Shown piece by piece: positions 41,864-54,288 of a stretch of DNA of 64,000 nucleotides. Positions within the stretch are counted from its first letter, which is position 1; every line of letters begins with the position of its first letter. The notes under the pieces were generated by a model. The model was not told the origin of the DNA. It made no database searches and worked only from the letters and a program-made list of their open reading frames with translations. Source of the DNA: Octopus vulgaris (Eukaryota); NCBI GenBank assembly GCA_951406725.2, contig OX597838.1, forward strand, positions 25,606,001-25,670,000, read 5' to 3'. The translations under genes and the position numbers were made by a program.

Positions 41864-43045
41864 AGGCGGTGAGTTGGCAGAATCATTAGAACACTGGGAA
41901 TAATGCTTAGCAGCATTTTGTCTGTCTTTACTTTCTGAGTTCAAATTCTGCCAAGGTTGATTTTGCCTTTCGTCCTTTTGAGGTCAATAAAATAAGTGCC
42001 AGTTGAGTACTGGGGTCAACATAATTGATTTATCCCCTACCCCAAATTTCAGGCCTTGTGCCATTAGTAGAAAGGATTATTATTATTATTATTATAATAA
42101 CAAGGTAGTGAGCTGGCAGAATTGTTAGCACACCGGGTAAAATGCTTAGCGGTATTTCTTTCGTCTTTATGTTCTGAGTTCAAATTCTTCTGAGGTTGAC
42201 TTTGCTCTTCATCCTTTCAGGATCTATAAATTAAGTGTCAAGTTGAGTACTAGAGGGGGGGGGTTTCGATGTAATTGACTTATCTCCTTCCCCCAAATTT
42301 CAGGCCTTGTGCCTATAGCAGAAAGGATTATTATTATTATTATTATTATTAAAATGCAGCAAGTAAGCAGAATTGTTAGGGTATCTGACAACAGAATGCA
42401 TTGTGACATTTCTTCCAACCTTTTACATTCTGAGTTCAAATTCCACCATGGTCAACATCGTCTTTCATCCTTTAGAGTGTTGATAAAACTAAGTAGCAGT
42501 GTTGTACTGGGGTTATTGTAATTAAATAATATCTTCCCCTCAAAATACCACCCTTGTAGCTAAATCAGAAACCATTAGGTAAGGATCTGGCAGAATCATT
42601 AGCACCCCAGGTAAAATGTTTAACAGCATTTTTTCTGGTTCTTTATGCTCTGAGTTCAAGTCCTGCCAAGTTCAACTTAGTCTTTCATCCCTTTCAGGGT
42701 TGATAAAATAAGAACTAGCTAAACACTGGGGTCAATGTTGTTGACTAGCCCCTTCCCACAAAATTTCTGGCCTTGTGCCTATAGCAGAAAGAATTATTAT
42801 CACCATCAATACTATTATTATTATTACAGCAACAAGTTGGAAGAATTGTTAACATGTCGAACAAAATGCTTAGTGGCATTTTGTCAATCTTTATATTCTG
42901 AGTTCAAATTCTGCCAGGGTCAACTTTGCTTTTCATCCTTTTACAGTTGATAAAATAACTACTAGTCAGGCACTGGGGTTGATGTAATTGTCTATTAGCC
43001 CTGCCTCCTCTAAAATTTCAGGCTTTGTGCTTATAGTAGAAAGAA
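41864..43045 (+). mobile_element. Array of 5 dominant-family SINEs
   Basis: Starts at ~41864, 42103, 42354, 42578 and 42828 with ATT spacers. Confidence 0.92.
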
Positions 43046-43440
43046 TTATTATTGATTGTTGTCATTGTTAGTATTTTTTATAACTCTTCAAAAAGATCCT
43101 AAGAATATCATTGTGCGTATGTGTGAAGTGTACATATGAATCTGTGGGGTATATATAATAAGAAAAATTTACTGAGATAAATTGCACAAACAAAATTTAT
43201 ATATATATGTGTGTATGTATGCATGTATAATTTTGCAAATATATTTAATTTTTCACCATTTCTTCTTTACTTTTGTAATATTTTTTTGCCAAAATATGAA
43301 TGTATTACTTGTGTACAGGTGTTAATATGTGCATATGTATGAGTATATATGTGTATTATATATATGAGTATATAAATATGTGTGTGTTTGTGTGCGTATG
43401 TGAATATGTGTGTGTGTGTGTATACACATATGAGTGAGTG

Positions 43441-43725
43441 AAGACATGTGGTCTACTAGTTAGAGTGTCAGGCTCATGATTGATAGGTCATGAGTTCAAT
43501 TCTCAGGCAGGGCAACACCTTGTACTCCTTGGGCAAGACACTTCATTTTACCGTGCTTCAGTCCACACAGATGATACTCAAAGTGACTACCATCAGTAAC
43601 TGAGAGCTAACCTTGAAGAGGACTGGTGTCTTGTTAAGATAGGTATTCCTGTACTCTTGGTCATTTAAATGTCATACAAACCACAAAAAGTTCCAGTCTA
43701 ATGGATTTGTGGGCTTGTGACAGAC
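43441..43725 (+). mobile_element. tRNA-derived SINE (second family)
   Basis: tggtctactagttag A box, gagttcaattc B box, then ccttgggcaagacacttcatttt. Confidence 0.72.
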
Positions 43726-43740
43726 TTTAACTTCTTTCTT

Positions 43741-43777
<37 letters not shown>

Positions 43778-43822
43778 ACATACACACACAGATGTATTTA
43801 TGTACATGTATGCATACAGACA

Positions 43823-43867
<45 letters not shown>

Positions 43868-44084
43868 GCACACATTGGAAGAAAGACGTAAGCTAAATGT
43901 ATAATATGCAGAGATTCTGCTTGGACAAAACTGATTTAATCTAATTTGCATAATAGTTCAGTTATTTAGGAACATATATTAATTAACAAATAACTCATTA
44001 TGAATGGTACATGACACCAAGGCATGCTTATGGAAGACTATTTTAGTAAACACACATTCTTAACTTCAATATGAGAAACATTTA

Positions 44085-44290
44085 CAGCAGTGAGCAGGCA
44101 GAATGATTACCATGCCAGGCAAAAGGCTTAACAGCATTTTGTCTTTATGTTCTGAATTCAAATGTTGTTGTTCACTTTGCTTTTCATCCTTTTGGGGCTG
44201 ACAAAATAAGTAAGAGTTGAACACTGAGGTTGATGTAATCAACTAAGTGCCTCCTCTGAAATTGCTGGCCTTATGTCAAACTTTGAAACT
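44085..44290 (+). mobile_element. Dominant-family SINE
   Basis: Head, core and gctggccttatgtcaaactttgaaac tail are present. Confidence 0.85.
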
Positions 44291-45355
44291 AGTATGAAGA
44301 AACATTTATTGTGGTTGTACTGTATGTATTTTCTTTCTGTAACCAGAAAAATGAGATTGGCCTTCAGCCAGAATATCTTCTTTATACAGCAAAACAAAAG
44401 TGTGTTTATTAAAAAACTTGGGCAATAAGTTTACCTTGCATCTCTTATTTAACCCCCTGTATAGTATGCTTATTAAATTAATAAATATACATTTAATTAT
44501 TTGAAGAACATTGTGATAGGTAAAATAAAAAAAAAATAACGAAGATGGAGAGCTTCTTACAATATGAATGGAAAATGTTTTATAATCATTATATAATTCA
44601 AGCACAAAGGTCCATCAGGAAATGCAAACATCCAAGAAATGTCAGTCTGTACAGAACAACATGAATCAACGTGGCAGGTACTGTATAGACTAACTTTTCT
44701 TCATTGTTTACTTGTGAGGATGGGCTTCTCTTATCTCAAGTTATATACTTCAAATATATAAGTTTATTGAATTTTTCTTTTCAGTATTGTAAGTAGCTTT
44801 CTATCTTCATTGTCTTACGTAATTATTTGATTATATTTTTGCAAATCATCAAATTGTTATGCAATTTAGGTCACAATAATTTTCTTCTGCCTGAGTTTGT
44901 TTGTACTCTACAAACTATAAGTAACTGTTCTCTCTGTGGTTACGAAGATGAATAACTGATCTCAAAGAAAGCAATAGTAAAAAAGTGAAGTTTAGTCAAA
45001 ACTTAAGTTGCTTTTCTGCCTATACAAAGAAAAACATATTATTTAGTAACAGAATCTATGTTCACTCACTAAAATCAGTTATAGCTTAAATATATATTAA
45101 TCAAAGCCCTGTGCAGTACTTCTATAAATTGAAATAAATAAATATATATATATATACACATCATATATAATATATAACATTATATATATATACATTATAT
45201 ATACATGCACACAAGTGATGAACAAGTGAAAGAAAGCAACACTCAACACATTTAGCTAGAGTATGTTTAGCAACAGGTTCACAGTGGCCCACATTAAAGT
45301 TTCATACTCACAAGAACATGTCCACATCTTCAGATGTTGTTTGGGATTAGGGTAG

Positions 45356-45405
<50 letters not shown>

Positions 45406-45599
45406 GAAATAAATAATGCATGTGAAGATGTGTAGATGAATGTATGTGTGTGCAAATATGTTTTTTGCCGCATAGTTTTAGTTGAAAACTCTACAATTTG
45501 AAGATCCACAAAATATATACTGTCATGACATGCCAAGTTATCAAATATAGAATTATATATATGTATAACACCATAAATGTGTTTACGTGCATGTATGTC

Positions 45600-45653
<54 letters not shown>

Positions 45654-46169
45654 ACATGTACATTTATAAGTATATGCATAGGTCTACATGCATTATATAC
45701 ATAAACATATATGAATACAATTATATATATATACATACGCACATTTTATTTACATCTATACATTGATAATTACAAATAAACATATTTATAAAATGAACAT
45801 TCATTAACATTAGAATACATCAATTTATATACATATATGCACATATTTATACATACATACATACATATATATACATTTATATATATATATATATACATAC
45901 ATACATACATATATATACATACATCTACATATATAAATATATATGTAAAAGTTTATACTTTTTCTCTTTTATATGTATGTGTGTTTGTATGAAAATATAT
46001 ATGTCTGTACATGCTTGAATGTGTACGTGTGTATGTATATATATATATTTGCTTTATATATGTGAAACAGTGGCAAATTTTCCAGGAATTTTAAAAACCT
46101 CTTTTATAACTTGTTTCAGGGGGGAAGAAAATTCTTTTCTTTATATTATTATAATTACTGTTGTTATTA

Positions 46170-46825
46170 AGGTGGAGAGCTGGTAGAATTATTAGCAGGC
46201 CGAACAAAATACTCAGCAGCATTCTGTCTAGCTTTATGGTCTATATTCAAATTCTGCTGATATTGACTTTGCCTTTCATCTTTCCAGGGTTGATAAAATA
46301 GATACCAGTCAAGCACTGGGAATGATATAATCAACTAGACCTCTCCCCCAAAATTTCAGGTCTTGTGCTTATAGTAGAAAGGATTATTATTATTATTATT
46401 AATGTGGCAAGCTGGCAGAATCATTAGCACAATGGGCAAAATGCTTGGCAGCATTTCATTTGTCTTGACATGAGTTCAAATTCCGCTGAGGTCGACTTTG
46501 CCTTTTATCCTTTCAGGGTTGATAAATTAAGTTCCAGTGAAACACTGGAGTTGATGTAATCAACTAGTCCTCTCCCCCAACATTTCAGGCCTTGTGCCTT
46601 TAGTAAAAAGGATTATTATTATTATTATTTGAGAGTTGGCAGCATTATTAGTATATCAGTCAAAAATGCTTAGCTACATTTCTTCTGCATATTTACATTC
46701 TAATTTCAACCCCACCCCAATGGTCAAATTAGGGGTCAATAAAAAAAAGTATAGTCAAGTATAGGGGTCAATAAAACCAGCTTGTCCCTTCTCAAAAACG
46801 CTGGCCTTTGTTCCAAAATTAGAAT
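46170..46825 (+). mobile_element. Array of 3 dominant-family SINEs
   Basis: Starts at ~46170, 46403 and 46632. Confidence 0.9.
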
Positions 46826-47519
46826 GAACTACTGTTACTACAAGCACAACCACCACCACACCTATTTTATTGTTTGGGGGCAAAAATGAGAAAGAATATT
46901 ATTTCATATTTTGCTAAGATTTCTTCTTTATTTTTCCTATTTGTAAATGTACATAGGAGTGTGTATGGTTGTATGGGTGAGTGTGCGTGTGTGTGCGTGC
47001 GTGTGTGTGCGTGCGTGCATGTGTGAGTTGGTTTAGTTAATTCTATAAAGATGCGTGTGAGTATTTCCTCATACAGTTATTTTTCATTGTCGTGAGGGGC
47101 TGTAATTGTTGTTGGTGTTTCTATATTTCTGAAATACCCTTGATTTTTTTTGTGTTTCTTAATTTTTTTTTCACTCTTCCTAATTTTTATGGTATGAATC
47201 TAAAAGTAGAAGCAAAACAGAAACAAAGAAAAAAAAAAGAGAGAATTCTAATGCTATTTCCTTTCCTCTTCTCCCCCACCCAACCCATTAATCCTAATCC
47301 TTGATTTGAAGCACGGAATCAGACAAGAATTACTAAAACAAAGAAGGAAACAAACAATAAACATCATGATTAGGAACATTATTATGTATAATATATATAT
47401 ATATGTATGTATAAATAAACACACACATGCATATATATGTATATATACACATATCCATGAAACTTAAGTAGCATATACCATATTTGTATTCCTTAAGTAC
47501 TATATAAAGATCATATATA

Positions 47520-47725
47520 TACATACATATATGAATACATATACATACATATATATACATATACATACATATATACACATACATATACATACATATATAA
47601 ACATACATATACATACATATATACACATACATATACATACATATATACACATACATATACATACATATATACACATACATATACATACATATATAAACAT
47701 ACATATACATACATACATATATATA
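47520..47725. repeat. 24-bp minisatellite (atacatatacatacatatatacac), about 7-8 units
   Basis: Directly visible. It produces the MYMYVYIC octapeptide repeat in the ORF track. Confidence 0.9.
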
Positions 47726-48092
47726 TTCACCTACATATGCATATAAATATATGCATATGTAGGTGAATATATGTATGTATGTATATGTATGTTTATATAT
47801 GTATATATATATGCACATATACACACAAAGATTGCTAGTATTTTGGCACACACTGATTTGGTGGAGTACTTATGTATGATTCCTAGTTGAAATAGCTTAA
47901 TTGAAATTAGTGCTTTTCAGTGCAGTCCACTTTTACATCTATAATACTACTTGAGAAAGGGATGAATGTTAGCTTGCCCTCAAAAAAATATCCTTGAGCA
48001 TCCTTGAGTAGAGGGGAGTCTACTATTGCTATAATAATAATAATGATAATAATGATTATTATTATTATTATTATTATTATTATTTGTGCACC

Positions 48093-48160
48093 ACTGAAGT
48101 AGCTCAGATGGGAGAGAGATTGATGATTTAAAGTTCCCTGGTTTAATCCCCGTTTCCAAA
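48093..48160 (+). pseudogene. tRNA-Phe pseudogene
   Basis: actgaagtagctcagatgggagag--agattgatgatttaaagttccctggtttaatccccgtttcc aligns by eye to metazoan tRNA-Phe(GAA) gccgaaatagctcagttgggagagcgttagactgaagatctaaaggtccctggttcgatcccgggtttcggc. It has a ~4-nt deletion and mutated anticodon and T loop. Confidence 0.75.
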
Positions 48161-48182
48161 GATGTGCTTTAATTCTCTTTTA

Positions 48183-50128
48183 CGGCATCAAGCTGGCAGA
48201 ATTCTTAGCACGCCAGATAAAAAGCTTAGCAGCATTTCTTTAGGGTCTGAGCTCAAATCCTGTTGAGGGTGTCTTTGCCCTTTATCCTTTTGGGGACGAT
48301 GAAATAAGTACCAATCAAGTGCTGGAGTTGATGTAATCAACTTCCCCCTCCCCTCAAAAATTATTGGCGCTGTGCCAAAATTTGAAACCATTAAAGGCGG
48401 TGAGCTGTCAGGACTGTTAACACACTGGGCAAATTACTTTGTGGCATTTCATCCATCTTTATATTCTGAGTTCAAATTCCAACAGGCTTGATTTTTCCTT
48501 TCATCTTTTCAGATCAATAAAATAAGCACCAGTTGAGCACTGGGGTTGATATAACTGACTTACCCTCTCCCATGAAATTGCTGGCCTTGGGCCAAAATTT
48601 GAAACTGCTATTATAATTATTTTGAGGGTGCTGAATTGGCAGAAACATTTGAGCACTGCAAAAAATTGCATTGAGGCTTGTATTCTAGCTTTTGATATTC
48701 TGAATCCAAATCACACTTTACCTTTCATCCCTCCAGGCTCAACAAAGTACCAATCAAAAACTAGGGCTGATTTAATCAACTGACTGCTTCTCTTTAATAT
48801 TAGTGTCCTCCCACTCAAATTAGAAGCAATTACTATTATTTGTAGGGCAGTGAAAGTGGTGAGCTAACAGAATTACTTAGCATTTTGTCCATCTTCACAT
48901 TGTGAGTTTGAATGCCACTGAGGTCAACCTTGACTTTCATACTTTCAAGGTTGATAAAACAAGTTGAACATTGGGATCAACATAATCGACTTACCCCCAC
49001 CCCTAAAATTGTTGGCTTTGTACCAAAGTTTGAAACCATTATCATTGGGACAGTAAAGGCAGTGATCTGGTAGAATTACTAAGTATGTCACACCCTTCCA
49101 GCTCTTTGCATTCTCAGTTCAAATTCCACTGAAGTTGACTTTGGCTTTCATCTTTTCCTTTCAAGGTTGATAAAGTACCGGTCAAGTTGTGTGATCACTA
49201 TCATTGATTTGTCCACTGTCTCATGCCACCTACCCATTGCCCTCAAAATTGCTGGCCTTGTGTGCCAAAACTGCATTAAGATTATTATTATTATTATTGT
49301 GGTGAACAGAGAATTGTTAGAGCATTTGAAAAAAATGCTTTGCTGTATTTGTTCCAAGCTCTTTACATTCTAAGCACAAAACCCACATTTTATCAACCCC
49401 CTGGGTTAGGGTTAGGGTGAAGTACAGGGATTGATGTTATCAACTACTCCTCTTCCCTTAAAACTGCTGGCCTTGTGCCTAAATTAGAAATCATTAGTGT
49501 TATTGCTGTTAAGGTAGTGAGCTGGCAGAATCGTTAGCACACCAGGCAAAATGCTTAGCAGCATTTCATCTGTCTTTACATTCTGAGTTCAAATTCCACC
49601 AAGGTCAACTTTACCTTTCATCCTTTCAGGGTCGATAAAATAAGTACCAGTCGAGTACTGGGGTTACTGTAACCGACTTACCCGCCCCACCAAACTTGCT
49701 GGCCTTATGCCAAAATTTGGAACCATTATTATTATTACCATTGTTGTTGTCGTTATTATTATTATCATTGTAGACATTGCACAATATGCAATATCGTGAG
49801 GTTGTTGATTGAAGATATTGTGTCTACCGGGGGATTTGCACTGTTTGTCAAGTTACAACGACTTCAGACAGACAGTACTTTACGCAATATGCGTGCAGTT
49901 CCGAGTAATGCCGACTTTTACAATACATCTAGATTGTAGAGTATTTCTAAAGTTTCCAGATGTTTTTTTTCAGACTGGGTGGTATTGAACCCAATGCTCC
50001 AATGACAATAGGGACAACCTTTATGTTTGACTCTCGTAGCTGCCATATCTTAGCGATTTCAATTCTCAGGTCTCCATATTTATCAACCTATTTTCTTTAT
50101 TTCATGATGATATGTTGATCTTCTGGCA

Positions 50129-50165
<37 letters not shown>

Positions 50166-50625
50166 GGCAGCAAGCTGGTAGAATTGTTAGCATGTCAGAC
50201 AAAATGCTTAGCAGCATTTCTTCCAACTATTTACATTCTAAGTTCAAATTCTGCTGAGGTTGACTTTGCCTTTCATCCTTATGAAATTGATAAAATAAGT
50301 ACCAGCTGAGTGCTGGGGTCAATGTAATTGACGTGCCCCTCCTCTCTAAATTAGAAAGAATTATTATTATTGATGTTAGTATTGTTTTTATTATTGTTAT
50401 TGTTAGATTGGCAGAAACAACAGAATGTTGAACAAAATAAAAAAAAATTGTCAGACATGGTATTTACTTATGACCTAATAATTTCTGAGTTCAAATCCCA
50501 CACAGGTTAACTTTGCCTTTCATCATTCCAAGGTTGATAAAATAAAGTACCAGTCAAATACTGGGGGTTAATATAACAGACCATGTCCTATCCCCACAAA
50601 TTTGAGGCCTCAGACCTTTTTAAGA
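48183..50625 (+). mobile_element. Array of 9 dominant-family SINEs, interrupted by a Dong fragment
   Basis: Starts at ~48183, 48396, 48626, 48856, 49058, 49300, 49512, 50166 and 50405. Confidence 0.9.
49775..50128 (-). mobile_element. Third R4/Dong-clade 3' fragment
   Basis: Minus strand reads DKYGDLRIEIAKIWQLRESNIKVVPIVIGALGSIPPSLKK...HLETLEILYNLDVL*KSALLGTARILRKVLSV*. It is flanked by (ATT)n on the plus strand, which is (TAA)n on the element sense strand. Confidence 0.9.
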
Positions 50626-51169
50626 AGTTGTTAATTTGTGTTTACTAATTAATTAAATGTTAAATTCTCTTTCTCTCTCTTATCCCTCCTCTTACTGTTC
50701 CCCTTCTCCACCCAATATTAATGCATTCCGCTTTCAATATCTACTACTACTACTACTTTTATTATTATTATTATTATTATTGTTATTGTTATTATTCGTT
50801 ATTATTCATAGCTAATCTGGAAAATTCTTTACTTTACATTTTAAAACATTTCAGAGAGGAAACCTTCTTGTATTCCTCAATGGAAATATTTTTCTGTTTT
50901 TTCCTTTTTCTGTTTTTCTTTCAAATAATAAATTTGTAGATTGATGAGCAAATTTGTCCAAGAATGAAAACAAACAAGCAAAAAAAAAAAAAACCTACAA
51001 AACAAATAAATATAAGAAACAAATGACAAAATGTTCGAAAAAAATTAAAAATTGCAAAAGAAATCCTTTGAATAAAAATTTAAGTTACCAAAAATTTCTA
51101 TACTTTGTTATTCCTTCTTATTTCTAACTTTTGTTGTCGTTGCAAATTGAGAAATTAATTCTTAACTAC

Positions 51170-52673
51170 TTGGCAAGATGCACAGCTCAATGATTATGGA
51201 ATCTCTCCAGCTTGAGCCACTCCTAAGCATTGAGAGGTCACAGCTCCAGCACTATAGACAGAATGGTTAGAATGTTGCAAGAGAGAATCACATGATAAAT
51301 TCTTTAAGCTGAGCAACCAGCAAGAGACCAAGAGGAAGACTAACAATGAGGATGGTCAGATAATATCCATAGTCCTAGTTGGTCATGAATTTTGGGTAAT
51401 GACTGAAGGAGTACAATCACAAGGCCAGAATGAGGGTTTGCTAAAGCATCTCTGAGATAATGTTACTTGGCAGGGTACATAGCTTGGAGATAAAAGAGTC
51501 TCTCCAGAGGTCAAGCCAATTCTCCACATTGAAATGTCATAGCTTTGATACAACAGACATTTGATTAGAATGTCACAGGACAGATTCTTGAAGCTGAGTG
51601 AACCAGCAGAAGACTTGGGAGATAGACCAAGAATGAAATGGTTGGATAATATCCATAGTCTGAGTTGGTCATGGATGTTGAGTGAGGACTGAATGAGTGC
51701 AATCATGAATACAAGTGGCTGTAATGGGGTTCCTCCAAAGGACCTTTGGAGTACTGTTTCTTGAAAGGGTGCATTGCAGGGAGATATGGAAGTCTCTCTA
51801 AGTCAAGCCACTACTTCTCCACATTGAGAGGTTACAGTTTCAGTATTGTGGACATGTGATTAGAATGTCACAGGAAAGAATTGCAAGATGGATTCTTGAA
51901 GCTGAGCCAAATGGCAGGAGACCTAGGGGTAGACCAAGAATGAAATGGTTGGATAATATCCATAGTCTGAGTTGGTAAGGACTGTTGGATTAAGACATGA
52001 TTACAATGGCTGAAATGGGGTTCCTCCAGAGGACCTCTGGAATACCATTACTTGACAGGGTGTATAGCTTTGAGACCAGGGAATCTACCCAGGTTGAGCC
52101 ACTTCTCCACACTGAGATGTCACAGCTCTGGCACTGTAGACATGTGATTAGAATGTTGCAGGAAAGAAACACAGGAAGGATTCTTCAAGTGGAGCCAATC
52201 AGCAGGAGACCTAAGGAGTAGTCCAAGAATGAGATGGTTGGATAATGTCCATAGTCTCAGTTGTTCATGAATGCTGGACAATGCCTGAAAGAGTACAATC
52301 ATGATTAGAAGTAGCTGAAATGGGATTCTTCCAAAGAACCAATACTTGACAGAGTGTACAGCTCAACGATCATGGAGTCTCTCCAGGTTGAGGTACTACT
52401 CTGTATTGAGAGGTCACAGCTCCGGTACTATGGAAATGTGATTAGAATGTTACAAGAAAGGATCACAAGATGGACTTGTCAAGCTAAGCCACCTGGCAGG
52501 AGACCTAAGGAGCAGATGAAGATCAAGATGGTTGGATGATATCTTAGTTGATAATGCTTGAGAATCTAGCTGGAAAATGTAATGATGGTTGCTTATGACA
52601 GAACCTACTGGAAGAGGCGCCTGAGGACTCCCAAAACCCTCCCAGAAATGGTGAACAAAGAAGATGGATGGAT
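51170..52673 (+). repeat. Five-unit (~290-305 bp) tandem array of an RTE/Expander-like LINE 3' coding segment
   Basis: The marker gataatatccatagtc recurs near 51360, 51645, 51952, 52241 and 52535. Units encode AEMGFLQR...LLHIERSQL...GHVIRM.QER...RRPRGRPRMKWLDNI. The last unit runs into a gatggatggat tail. Confidence 0.88.
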
Positions 52674-52789
52674 TTCTTCAACTTATCTTCCACTTTTCTT
52701 TGAGACTTGCCAATAATTGCTGTAAATTTTTTTTTTCTACCTCAGATTAAATTTCAATAAGTAAAGAATTTCTTTTGTCTGTTACTAAT

Positions 52790-53160
52790 TTTAGTCGTCA
52801 GACTGCTGCCATGCTGGGGCACCACCTTGAAGAAGTTTAGTCAAATGAGTCAACTCAAGCACTTTTTTCTTTTTTAACCTGGTACTTATTTTATCAGTCT
52901 CTTTTGCTGAACTGCTAAGTTACAGGTACATAAATACACCAACACTGGTTGTCAAGCAATGGTGGGGAACAAACACACACAAAGATACACACACACACAC
53001 AATAGGCTTCTTTCCATTTCCACCTATCAAATTAACTCAGAAGGCTTTCAGCAGCCCAAAGCTATAGTAGGAGATACTTGCTCAAGATGTCATACAGTGG
53101 GACTGAAACTGGAACCATGTGATTGGGAACCAAATTTCCTAGCACTCAGCTATGCCTGTA
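52790..53160 (-). mobile_element. Third-family SINE with internal (CA)n
   Basis: Reverse complement of the 35090-35445 family, including the tRNA-like head at the right end. Confidence 0.8.
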
Positions 53161-53444
53161 CCTATACTTATTATTGCATAGAAACATTAGCAGCACCAAT
53201 CTTAATAATATTAGAGGGCCACCAAGGGCTATAGGCTGTCATTTCTTCCAGACACTGCAAGTAAAAAAAAGAAACGAAAATGCATCACCTTTCATCTTCA
53301 TCATTGTCAGCATTGTTTTAATTTCTGCTTTTCCATGTTTGCATGGGTCAGATGGAGTTAACTGAGGAAGATTTTCTATGGTTGAATGCCCTTCTTGTAA
53401 CCAAACCTCATCTGTTCCTCAATAACATATTTCCCCATAGTAGA

Positions 53445-53659
53445 CGGCAAGGTAGTAGAAATGTTAGCACACTGGGTGAAATGCTTAGTGGTATTTCGTC
53501 TGTCTTTAAATTCTAAGTTCAAATTCTGCCAAGGTTGACTTTGCCTTCCATCCTTTCAGGGTCGATAAATTAAGTACCAGTTGCGTACTGGGTTTGATCT
53601 AATCGACTGCCCTCCACCCACCCCCCAAATTTCAGGCCTTGTGCCTAGAGCAGAAAAGA
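53445..53659 (+). mobile_element. Dominant-family SINE with 15-bp TSD, nested in an older minus-strand repeat (~53305-53770)
   Basis: atatttccccatagt (53427-53441) vs atattttcccatagt (53660-53674). The host repeat is related to 37870-38030 and 62160-62275. Confidence 0.88.
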
Positions 53660-53819
53660 ATATTTTCCCATAGTCAGACATGTTTTTGCAAAATATTGGA
53701 AATGAAGGACAGTGCTAGTATGAAGGTGACAGTCATTTACAATCTTCCCATGATGTCAAGACTAGCAAACTCAAATACATACAGTGTGTGTATCTATCTC
53801 ACTCTCTATACATATATAT

Positions 53820-54042
53820 CCTTTTATTCTTTTGTTTCAGTCATTTGAATGCGGCCATGCTGGAGCCCCGCCTTTAGCTGAACAAATCGACCCCAGAAAT
53901 TATTCTTTGTAAGCCTAGAACTTATTCTAGCAGTCTCTTTTGCCGAACCACTAAGTTATGGAGATGTAAACACAACAACATCAGTTGTCAATCAATGGTG
54001 GGGAAACAAACACAAACACACAAATATATACATATCCCACCC

Positions 54043-54085
<43 letters not shown>

Positions 54086-54252
54086 CATACACGATGGGCT
54101 TCTCTCAGTTTCCATCTACCAAATCCACTCATAAGACTTTGGTTGGCCTGAGGCTATAGTTGAAGACCCTTGCTCTAGCTGTCAAGCAGTGGGACTGAAC
54201 CTGGAAGCCATGTGGTAGGAAGCAAGCTTCTTGCCACACAGCTATGCCTGGG

Positions 54253-54255
<3 letters not shown>
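53820..54255 (-). mobile_element. Third-family SINE with internal (AT)n
   Basis: Full-length reverse complement of the 35090 family. Confidence 0.85.

Positions 54256-54288
<33 letters not shown>

Noticed and set aside
44300-44970. Possible L1/Tx1 ORF2 remnant (CSLCGYEDE at ~44925)
   Set aside because: Only one short zinc-knuckle-like motif amid many stops, which is insufficient without a translated search.
41864-50625. Regularly spaced repeat units resembling a CRISPR array or tRNA gene cluster
   Set aside because: Units are ~210-bp diverged SINEs with microsatellite spacers in eukaryotic DNA. There are no identical short repeats, cas genes or complete cloverleafs.
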